NCBI GenBank assembly: GCA_951406725.2
Contig: OX597841.1
Span: 26,288,001-26,352,000 of the forward strand
Direction: 5' to 3'
Length of the DNA: 64,000 nt
Source: Octopus vulgaris
Lineage: Eukaryota
In this document: in pieces, positions 53,222 through 64,000 of the stretch
Layout: every line of letters begins with the position of its first letter
Position numbering within the stretch: the stretch's first letter is position 1
Program-made: the position numbers and the translations under genes
The notes under the pieces: model-generated
The model's database searches: none
What the model saw: only the letters and a program-made list of their open reading frames with translations
What the model was told of the DNA's origin: nothing

Positions 53222-53253
<32 letters not shown>

Positions 53254-53545
53254 ACCCTCTTACTTCACCATTCATACTGCTGCTACTACTACTACTACTA
53301 CTACAGTTCCCTGACTACTACGAATGCTGCTGCTGCTACTACGCATAATACTACTACCACTACCACCACCATTTCTCCTACTACTACTAATGTTATTACT
53401 GCTACTACTGCTGTTACTGCTGCTGCTACTACTACTAATACTAATAATACCACTGCCACTACCTCCACCATTTCTTCCTCTTCTACTACTACTACTATTA
53501 CTACTACTACTGCTACGACTAGTACCACCACCACCACCATCACAA

Positions 53546-53963
53546 GCATTTGTCTTATGAAGAAAGGCTGAAGACGCTCGACCTTTATTCTCGAGAAAAA
53601 CGACGACGCCGTGGTGATCTCATTCTCGCTCACAACATCATAAGCGGAAAGTGTAACCTCTCGAAGGAGCTGTTCTTCACTCCTGCTCCAGGGCGTCGGC
53701 TGCGGGGTCACTCCGAAAAGCTCTATCTGCGACGATTTCATCTCAATCGAAGGAGAGGGGCTTTCTCCGTCCGGGTTGCGGATCCGTGGAATAAGCTGCC
53801 GGATGAGATAGTGAAGATGCCGACGACCGCTCAGTTCAAAGTCTCTCTTGACCAGAAATGGCCTGAACTCTTTGCATGAACACCACCCTGTACGTAACTC
53901 CATGTCCCCCTACATGGCCTTGCTTTTTGCTTTTTGAGCCAAATAAATTAACTTATTAACTTA

Positions 53964-53965
<2 letters not shown>
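53546..53965 (+). mobile_element. 5'-truncated CR1-like LINE, 3' end
   Basis: LSYEERLKTLDLYSREKRRRRGDLI..RLRGHSEKL..FSVRVADPWNKLPDEIV..FKVSLD matches the CR1-group ORF2 C-terminus; short 3' UTR; sits in (CTA)n. Confidence 0.88.
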
Positions 53966-54032
<67 letters not shown>

Positions 54033-54047
54033 GCTACTACTACTACT

Positions 54048-54110
54048 CCGTTTGTCTGTCCTTGTTTGTCCCCTCTGTGTTTAGCCCCTTGTGGGCAATA
54101 AAGAAATAAG
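54048..54110 (+). mobile_element. Isolated SINE-B 3' tail
   Basis: CCGTTTGTCTGTCCTTGTTTGTCCCCTCTGTGTTTAGCCCCTTGTGGGCAATAAAGAAATA. Confidence 0.85.
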
Positions 54111-54111
54111 G

Positions 54112-54630
54112 GTGTATTGTCGTCGAAACAAGAATCCAATACTTCGCGCTCCAAAAATCCGGACGCTTTTCCCCGAATGTCCTACCGCAAACTCTTCAAA
54201 ACATGGCCGTAGAACTCTCAATTGATGGTCTGGTCCTGGGTAACGAATTCTCGATACACTATACCACATTTCCGAAGGTGACGCTTATCGTCTTTCAGGG
54301 CCCTTCTTCTGCTTTTGAAGAGCCTGTGCCATTGGAAACATTGCGTACGACCCTTTGCCTCGTCGTTGTGAGCTTGCCAAAGCATGCTCAATGTCTGCTA
54401 TAGAGCAGACTTCCGAAATTTAACGCAGAATCTCATGTTGGTTCTTTGTTTCTGTCCATGACCAAAAATCGCAGACTACAGCATACACGTGATCACGAGA
54501 AACGCAAATTTCATAACTTGTTGAGTAAACACGGTGATGTCACTCGGCACACTGCCTCATGAACGTCACTGCTATCTGTCACTGCACACGCAACAGCGTG
54601 CTGCCATCTGTTGGCGCGCTACAGAACTAG
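54112..54630 (-). mobile_element. Mariner remnant homologous to 35040-36040
   Basis: Colinear similarity; provides the empty site for the piggyBac-like MITEs. Confidence 0.7.
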
Positions 54631-54775
54631 TCTCTTTTACTTGTTGCAGAATTTGACCTTAGGCCATGAAAAAAAAAAAAAAAAAAAAGAAAACACGGAA
54701 ATACTATCATCAAGCGTGTTGTCCAGCGCGGTAACAATTCTGCCAAAGATGCCGTCTTTGGTTTCAAATTTTAGA

Positions 54776-55286
54776 TGATGAGGGAGACCTGTACATGGTA
54801 GCTAGACCACTATCACCACAACCACAACTAGTACGATGACCACAACTACTACCACCGCAACAAGAAGAACCGTATCAAATGTAACAATTATCAAATTGCA
54901 TAACCACGCCCCCGCCCAGAAAAAATAAAGGAAGAACAAACTACCACTACCACCACCACCACATCATCACCATCATCATTGTCATCGTCATCATCACCAC
55001 CACCATCGTCACCTCATCATCGCTGTCACAACCATCATCATCATTACCACCATCACCATCGCCACCACCACCACCACCAACTCCACCACCACTAATATCA
55101 CAAGCTTATCAGACATCACCGCAACCCCCCTCCCACTATCATCATTATCATCAGTACTACCACCCCTACTGCTACGAATATCACAACCACCACCACCACC
55201 ACCACCACCACCACAAGAATTGCCGCCGAAACACCAACATTACTTGTATCTTAAACACAATAATCCATACCACTATCATACCATCT

Positions 55287-55326
<40 letters not shown>

Positions 55327-55645
55327 ATCATCACCATCATCATTGTCATCGTCATCACCACCATCGTCACCTCATCATCGCTGTCACAACCATCATCATC
55401 ATCATTACCACCATCACCATCGCCACCACCACCACCAACTCCACCACCACCATCAACACCACCACCACTAATATCACAAGCTTATCAGACATCACCGCAA
55501 CCCCCCTCCCACTATCATCATTATCATCTGTACTACCACCCCTACTGCTACGAATATCACAACCACCACCACAAGAATTGCCGCCGAAACACCAACATTA
55601 CTTGTATCTTAAACACAATAATCCATACCACTATCATACCATCTC

Positions 55646-55681
<36 letters not shown>

Positions 55682-56017
55682 ATCATCACCATCATCATTG
55701 TCATCGTCATCACCACCATCGTCACCTCATCATCGCTGTCACAACCATCATCATCATCATTACCACCATCACCATCGCCACCACCACCACCAACTCCACC
55801 ACCACCACCAACTCCACCACCACTAATATCACAAGCTTATCAGACATCACCGCAACCCCCCTCCCACTATCATCATTATCATCAGTACTACCACCCCTAC
55901 TGCTACGAATATCACAACCACCACCACCACCACCACCACCACCACAAGAATTGCCGCCGAAACACCAACATTACTTGTATCTTAAACACAATAATCCATA
56001 CCACTATCATACCATCT

Positions 56018-56051
<34 letters not shown>

Positions 56052-56866
56052 ATCATCACCATCATCATTGTCATCGTCATCACCACCATCGTCACCTCAT
56101 CATCGCTGTCACAACCATCATCATCATTAGCACCATCACCATCGCCACCACCACCACCAACTCCACCACCACCATCAACACCACCACCACTAATATCACA
56201 AGCTTATCAGACATCACCGCAACCCCCCTCCCACTATCATCATTATCATCAGTACTACCACCCCTACTGCTACGAATATCACAACCACCACCACCACCAC
56301 CACCACCACCACTAATATCACAAGCTTATCAGACATCACCGCAACCCCCTCCCACTATCATCATTATCATCAGTACTACCACCCCTACTGCTACGAATAT
56401 CACAACCACCACCACCACCACCACCACCACCACTAATATCACAAGCTTATCAGACATCACCGCAACCCCCTCCCACTATCATCATTATCATCAGTACTAC
56501 CACCCCTACTGCTACGAATATCACAACCACCACCACCACCACCACCACCACCACTAATATCACAAGCTTATCAGACATCACCGCAACCCCCCTCCCACTA
56601 TCATCATTATCATCAGTACTACCACCCCTACTGCTACGAATATCACAACCACCACCACCATCAACACCACCACCACTAATATCACAAGCTTATCAGACAT
56701 CACCGCAACCCCCTCCCACTATCATCATTATCATCAGTACTACCACCCCTACTGCTACGAATATCACAACCACCACCACCACCACCACCACCACAAGAAT
56801 TGCCGCCGAAACACCAACATTACTTGTATCTTAAACACAATAATCCATACCACTATCATACCATCT

Positions 56867-56906
<40 letters not shown>

Positions 56907-57170
56907 ATCATCACCATCATCATTGTCATCGTCATCACCACCATCGTCACCTCATCATCGCGGTCACAACCATCATCATCATTACCACCATCACCATCGC
57001 CACCACCACCACCAACTCCACCACCACCATCAACACCACCACCAATAATATCACAAGCTTATCAGACATCACCGCAACCCCCCTCCCACTATCATCATTA
57101 TCATCTGTACTACCACCCCTACTGCTACGAATATCACGACGACGACGACGACCACCACCACCACCACAAG
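54776..57170 (+). repeat. Copy of 47845-48380 expanded into a complex minisatellite (~355-bp and ~120-bp units)
   Basis: Near-identical start GAGACCTGTACATGGTAGCTAGACCACTATCACC; recurrent AATATCACAAGCTTATCAGACATCACCGCAACCCC. Confidence 0.9.
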
Positions 57171-57294
57171 AATTTTAGACTGGTATTTTCATTTCAAAGG
57201 CCTCGAAAGGGTTAAAAGCAAAGTAGACGTCGGCAGGATTAGAATTCAGACGGGAAAGTTTTTTTTGTTTTGTTATGAAGCTCTTACGAATCTC

Positions 57295-57816
57295 TTTACT
57301 CTTTTACTCTTTTACTTGTTTCAGTCATTTGACTGCGGCCATGCTGGAGCACCGCCTTTAGTCGAGCAAATCGACCCCGGGACTTATTCTTTGTAAGCCC
57401 AGTACTTATTCTATCGGTCTCTTTTACTTGTTTCAGTCATTTGACTGTAGCCGTGCTGGAGCACCGCCTTTAGTCGAGCAAATCGACCCCGGGACTTATT
57501 CTTTGTAAGCCCAGTACTTATTCTATCGGTCTCTTTTGCCGAACCTCTAAGTGACGGGGACGTAAACACACCAGCATCGGTTGTCAAGCAATGCTAGGGG
57601 GACAAACACAGACACACAAACATATACACACACACTTATGTATATATACATATATACGACAGGCTTCTTTCAGTTTCCGTCTACCAAATCCACTCACAAG
57701 GCATTGGTCGGCCCGGGCTATAGGAGAAGACACTTGCCCAAGATGCCACGCAGTGGGACTGAACCCGGAACCATGTGGTTGGTAAGCAAGCTACTTACAC
57801 AGCCACTCCTACGCCT
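57295..57816 (-). mobile_element. SINE-A with a duplicated ~115-bp 3' segment
   Basis: CTTTTACTTG..CTATCGGTCT present twice (57309, 57421). Confidence 0.9.
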
Positions 57817-58089
57817 ATCTGTGGAACAAAAAAAAAAACAGCGTCAACAACACCACAACCACCAGCACCAACAGCAGCAGCAGCAGCAGCAGCAGCCGTT
57901 CAAGAATTTGGACCTGGAGATCTCCATTTCCAGCGGCTTCGAGGGCCACCTCCCAGTGGTGTCGGGCGTCAACGAAGAGCCCTCGACTACAAGACGACCA
58001 AAGTTTTGTCTTTTTTTCCCCAAGGTCTGGGGTCTCCCGCCCCTAAGCCCTAGACCATCACCTAATGACCCTTACCCGTCTTGTTGCTT

Positions 58090-58126
<37 letters not shown>

Positions 58127-59368
58127 GCACCACCACCACCAAGAACACAACCACTACCACCGTCACCAATACCACCACCATCACCACCACAATCACCACC
58201 ACCACCACCACCACCACCACCACCACCACTACCACCATCACCACTACCGCCACCAGTACCACCACCACAACCATTACCACCGTCGCAAACACCATCACCA
58301 CCACCAACACCACCACCGGCACTGTCACTACTCCTACCGTCATCCCCGTCACCACCGTCACAACCACTACCTCCACCGTCACCACCACCACCTCCGTCAC
58401 CACTACCACCGCTGTCATTGTCACAACTATCGCCACCATCAACATCACTACCACCACCATCATCATCATCACCGTCACCCCGATCACCCATCACCACCAC
58501 TACCACCAGCACTGTCATCACTCCCACCGTCACTCCCTGTCACCACCGTGAAAACCACCACCACCACCACCACCTTCATCACCAATACTAACCACCAACA
58601 ACAATAACAACACCAACAGTTTTCTTAATAAAAGATTACTTTCACTTTCATTTTGCTAGTGCGGGGCGCGTGTGTGCGAGAGCTGAGGGTGGTGGTAGTG
58701 GTAAAGGATGTCTTTGCGAAGTCTCGGAGGAATGCGGTATTCACGATTTTTCCACATCTCGAAGCCCGCCTCAAGCTCACCAAAACTGCACCTTTACAAA
58801 GGCGGCGGCGGCTGCAACTGTCAGCAACGGCAGCGGCGGCGGCAACGGTCAGCAAAAACAATACTCTCAGATGATAACAAAAGAAACGGTTTGGTCACGA
58901 GATGCTCCCAACCTTAAATAGTTTTCAAAAGAAAACATGATTCTTCATCCCCATCCCGCCTGTCTGTCTCTCTGTCGCTCTTTCATTCAATGTCTTCTTT
59001 TTCTTTTCTTCTTTTTTTTTATTCTCGTGTCGCTTGACCAGCTACCTTTCACTGAAAACGAAACCCCGACGGCAGATTTGGTTTCATGGTTACATAAAGT
59101 TTTCTTTGACGTATTCCTTAGATGCTATATCTCTTTTATATATATATATACACAGGTGCGTGTATATATGCATATACAACATACATATGTCTGCATATAC
59201 ATACATATACATACATACATACATACATATATGTATACACATACATCAATCAATCAATGTTTGTATATATATATATATATATATATATATGCATACACAC
59301 ACACACATATGTATGTATATACATGCCTGCATGCAAGCATCTATCAACATTCAAGCATTCATACACAA

Positions 59369-59407
<39 letters not shown>

Positions 59408-59421
59408 GACATATCCATCTT

Positions 59422-59498
<77 letters not shown>

Positions 59499-59564
59499 AT
59501 ATATATATATACATACATGCATACATATGTATACACACACATATATATGTATATAGACATATCC

Positions 59565-59614
<50 letters not shown>

Positions 59615-59797
59615 ATATATATATATATATACATGTATGTATGTATATATATACATACATATGTATACACACACATATATATGTACATATACATATCTAT
59701 CTATATATATACATGTATGTATGTATATATATACATACATATGTATACACACACACATATATATGTACATATACATATCTATCTATCTATATATATA

Positions 59798-60180
59798 CTA
59801 GCAGTATCGCCCGGCGTTGCTCAGGTTTGTAAGGGAAATAACTATAAAGCATTTTTAGAGAGTTATAGCCAAAAAATAGCACAAAGATGGAAAAAAATTA
59901 TGGTAAATTTTTTTTTTAGTTAAAAAAGGTGGAGTTGCGTCCCCTAGACATTTTGCGGTTTGTGTTTCTGATTCTCGACCCCATGTCGAATTTATCGATT
60001 TTTTTCAGAACTGGGGGAACTTTTCAAAATTTTCGCTGCGTTAGTTTTGAATTATGACATTGGGCTATGTGTGTGTCAAGTTTCATCAGAATCGGTTGAA
60101 AGCCGTGGTCAGGGTGAGGGTACAAGCAAACAGACACACAGAAACACGCACAGACAAACTGCCGTTTATATATAGAGAGA
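59798..60180 (-). mobile_element. Non-autonomous Helitron-like element
   Basis: Minus strand begins A|TC (60180) and ends hairpin plus CTAG|T (59798); same 3' end as the 27435 element. Confidence 0.75.
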
Positions 60181-60361
60181 TACATGTATATGTACATATA
60201 TATGTTCATATATATATATATATGAATATATATTCATAATATATGCGTGTATGGAGTGTGTCTGCTTTCATATTCATAAATAAATTCGTATGTATTCATA
60301 CTTACGTATACGCGTGCAAACATACATGCACAAATACACATACGTGTATATATATATAATA

Positions 60362-60530
60362 TAGGCACAAGCGTGGCTGTGTCATAAGAGACTTGCTTCC
60401 CAGCCACATGGTTCTGGGTTCAGTCCCACTGTATGGCACCTTGGGCAAGTGTCTTCTACTTTAGCCTCCGGTCGACCAAAGCCTTGCGAGCGGATTTGGT
60501 AGACGGAAACTGGAAGAAGCCCGTCGTAAA
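60362..60530 (+). mobile_element. SINE-A, 5' half
   Basis: Head through GAAGCCCGTCG. Confidence 0.85.
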
Positions 60531-60950
60531 TATATATATGTATATGTCTAGTACTTGTATACGACAGCTTTTCACGTAGTTTCCGCCTACCGAACTCACT
60601 CTTGAAGCATAAGTCGACTCAGGGATTATAAAAGATGACATGACATTGTCCAAAATGAAGGTGCCGTACCGTGGGAATGAAAACCCGAAACCACCACGTG
60701 GTTTACAAAATCACCTTCCTAACCACACGACCCATGTCGGTTCCTACTTCTGAAAAACGTTTTCCTTTTTTTTTTCTTTTTCAGACGTATATTATTAGAC
60801 TTCTGAGATTAAGATTCTTACAAATATCCCAAAAATATTACATTTTCTTAAAAAAAAAAGAAAAAGAAAGAAAAGAAGAAAAAGAAAGAAATTTCGTCGA
60901 AATGATTCGAAACTGAAAATTTACAGGTAGGTTATTTCGTTTATTCATTT

Positions 60951-61611
60951 GTATCCTTTCGGTTTGAACGGCAGTTTTTTCTAGCGGTGTCATATGAAAT
61001 TGTCACCCATAATTATGACCCTAGAATCGATCTATTGCATTTCAATCGCTTTTAGGGTTAGGGTTAGGGGTGTGGGAAGGGTATCTTTTTTTCTTCACAA
61101 ATGTAAATAAACCCAATCTGTTTCTTAAACGGGGGACATATTCATACGGCACAGAATGCTTTTTAACTCAATAGACGTCAGTGATTGGTTGAAATTGCAG
61201 AAATTGAAGAAAAAAAACAACTAATATCTTACAAACTATAGAATTTTCTCAATAAAGCCAAGAGTAAAAGATGTTTTATAAACACATTCTACCAGTATAC
61301 GAAGTTTAAAACTTTTTAGTTACCTCGAAATTATGTTAAAAACTGCCGTTCAAACCGAAAAGATCCGTTTCTTAAATGAGGGACATATTCATATGGCACA
61401 GAATGTTTTCACCTCAATAGACGTTATTGATTGGTTGAAATTGCAGAAATTGAAGAAAAAAAACAACAAATATCTTTCAAACTTTAGAATTTTCTCAATA
61501 AAGCCAAGAGAAAAAGATGTTTTATAAACACATTCTACCAGTATACGAAGTTTAAAATTTTTTAGTTACCTAGAAATTATGTTAAAAACTGCCGTTCAAA
61601 CCGAAAAGATC
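60951..61611. mobile_element. TIR-bearing MITE with internal (TTAGGG)3 and a duplicated right half
   Basis: Left GTATCCTTTCGGTTTGAACGGCAGTTTT; right AAAACTGCCGTTCAAACCGAAAAGATCC ending at 61366 and 61611. Confidence 0.75.
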
Positions 61612-61799
61612 CATTTATTTTTTCGGAATTACAATCTTAATGCTTAAAACGAACACATCCGGAAAAAATACGATATCTAGTAAGCTAGATTAACTTAGCC
61701 ACAAGTTATCACAATGAAATGTAACAATAACAATTTTTTTTAGAGGTAAAAAAGACACACTCTTACGGAACTCCGAAATACACGTCCAGCTCTGGCGAC

Positions 61800-61831
<32 letters not shown>

Positions 61832-61968
61832 GAGTGAGACTGTTATCGAATGAACAATATTTCGACACTTCGTGTGTCTTCCACAATTTCAAAGTAATCA
61901 TCTCAATCGACTTCATTTTGTTAATAATGATAATAATAATAATATTAATAATAATAATAGTAATAATA

Positions 61969-62004
<36 letters not shown>

Positions 62005-62024
62005 GTAATAATAATAAACAGAAT

Positions 62025-62452
62025 AGGCGCAGGAGTGGCTGTGTGGTAAGTAGCTTGTTTACCAACCACATGGTTCCGGGTTCAGTCCCACTACGTGGCA
62101 TCTTGGGCAAGTATCTTCTGCTATAGCCTCGGGCCGACCAATGCCTGGTGAGTGGATTTGGTAGACGGAAACTGAAAGAAGCCTGTCGTATATATGTATA
62201 TATATATATGTGTGTGTGTGTGTCTGTGTGTTTGTGTGTCTGTGTTTGTCCCCCTAGCATTGCTTGACAACCGATGCTGGTGTGTTTATGTCCCCGTCAC
62301 TTAGCGGTTCGGCAAAAAGAGACCGATAGAATAAGTACTGGGCTTACAAAAGAATAAGTCCCGGGGTCGAGTTGCTCGATTAAAGGCGGTGCTCCAGCAT
62401 GGCCGCAGTCAAATGACTTGAAACAAGTAAAAGAGTAAAGAGAGTAAAAGAG
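62025..62452 (+). mobile_element. SINE-A, full length
   Basis: Family consensus. Confidence 0.92.
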
Positions 62453-62510
62453 AGAATCGCTCAAAATGTCGAATTTGTTAACTGAGTAAGATGACAACGT
62501 CTTTTATACT

Positions 62511-62544
<34 letters not shown>

Positions 62545-63009
62545 GAACAATTTGGATTTTTGGCAAATTTTCTGAAGAATTGGCTGGTTTTATGGAATTT
62601 TTAGAAAATTTTCGAGGTAAGTGTTTAATCTTTTTGCTTCAGTTTGTTCTATAAAAAAAAAAAAAATAAAATAAAAAAAAAATCATGTTTTAACTTTTTT
62701 AACTGCGTAATTAATTTCCATGGTAATTTCCGTAATGATGTTAATTATCCGCTGAAAAAAAAAAATGTAATTGATATTTTCTGCTTTTACTATTTTTTGC
62801 ATTGTACCTCTTGTGGGTACGGTTTTCATATCCACCGCTAAAAGTATTTCATTCTTGCTCTGAGATATTTGGTAGAATATGTGAAAAAAATTTTTAATGG
62901 CAAAATAGCCTCTTGTAAGAAGTGACACTAGGAGTGTGTCACAGTTTCTCGCGTTACAAGGATAGGTTTTTATTCAAGGCCGTGGGGTAAAGCCGCTTTC
63001 CGCAGTTAA

Positions 63010-63235
63010 CCCATTAAATGCCAGAGTAATTAAATTTCTGAATATTACTTTTAAACTTTTTACAGATGATTGAAAATGGGTTAAAATTTTAAAAAAATAA
63101 TTATTAAAACTCCTTTACTTCAAGTAGAAATGGAAATACTCGGTGTCCTATAAATAGGACACTGGGACAATGTGATATAGCTTATTTAATATTCTCATTT
63201 AGTGTCTTATTTATAGGACAGTGGGACTTAATGGG
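63010..63235. mobile_element. piggyBac-like MITE, second family
   Basis: TTAA-CCCATTAA...TTAATGGG-TTAA. Confidence 0.65.
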
Positions 63236-63320
63236 TTAAGATTATAAAATTTCGAGGATATCGAGCTGGTGAAATTTAAGCTACATATGTTTCCTAGCTG
63301 GTATATATATATATATATAA

Positions 63321-63872
63321 TTAATAATAATAAAATATTAGGGAGTAAATCCAAACTTACAGGGAAAAATTAGATTTAGGATTAAATCTAATTTTATAGT
63401 ATAAATATAAATATATATTATATTAAATTAGAGATAAAACCACTATTAGGCAAATTGAACAGTGAAAATCTTAAGCCAATACATAGAAATAAAATTAATT
63501 AAAAAATCTAAAAAATATAAAGTATAAAATATAAAAATCCAATTTCTAGAAACAAAATCCTTAATATTATTAATAAGTTTCAAAATATATTCTTTTCTAG
63601 AAGGTATTGGAATATCCTTCAAAGATGAACTCCAAAATAGCGGTTCTATCTTACCTGTAAATTTCATGATTTACGAAATTAAGATATTACACTCAATATA
63701 CGTAATTTATCAATATATTAATTAATAATAATAAAATATTAGGGAGTAAATCCAAACTTACAGGGAAAAATTAGATTTAGGATTAAATCCAATTTTATAG
63801 TATTAATATAAATATATATTATATTAAATTAGAGATAAAACCACTATTAGGCAAATCAGTGAAAATCATAAG
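63321..63872 (-). mobile_element. Penelope-like element 5' fragment between two ~135-bp direct repeats
   Basis: SSLKDIPIPSRKEYILKLINNIKDFVSRNW resembles the SLKNIPxP..Y...LI..F+.R+RW N-terminus of PLE ORFs; repeats at 63321-63455 and 63722-63856. Confidence 0.55.
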
Positions 63873-64000
63873 CCTTCTGTACTTATGTACTTATATATTT
63901 GAAATCCTTCGATGTTGGTACACGACGTCGCTCACCCACATGACCTTTCCTTATGACACAGAAAGGTCAATACCGAAGGATCGCCATATATTTATATAAT

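Noticed and set aside
55220-57048. Repeated His-rich ORFs MPPKHQHYLYLKHNNPYH..
   Set aside because: Non-ATG starts inside a minisatellite, with a stop in one unit
57581-58591. 336-aa Gln/Pro-rich ORF
   Set aside because: Read-through from antisense SINE-A into CAG/CAA/CCA repeats
61052-61069. Interstitial telomere or fusion site
   Set aside because: Only three units and internal to a TIR element

Overview
Eukaryotic, microsatellite-saturated, repeat-rich window with no recognisable intact host gene, so probably intronic or intergenic. The SINE families and repeat style suggest an octopus (coleoid cephalopod) genome; this is inference from recognition, not a database result. Almost all listed ORFs are microsatellite or SINE artefacts. 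The real content is: four tRNA-like SINE families (called A-D here, about 35 copies); 3' fragments of RTE, R4/Dong-like and CR1-like LINEs; Penelope-like (PLE) remnants; mariner/maT, hAT, piggyBac-like and Helitron-like relics; and a few unique, possibly regulatory islands. Most notable: (1) several hammerhead-ribozyme-like motifs, including a near-canonical extended type I hammerhead at 28491-28561 in a hairpin-rich element and a 4-copy tandem hammerhead array at 46323-47103 (candidate retrozymes); (2) SINE-B inserted as one head plus 3-5 precisely joined ~184-bp bodies; (3) two local copy-paste insertions of non-TE sequence, each flanked by a 9-bp duplication. Repeat boundaries were read by eye and are approximate unless exact motifs are quoted.
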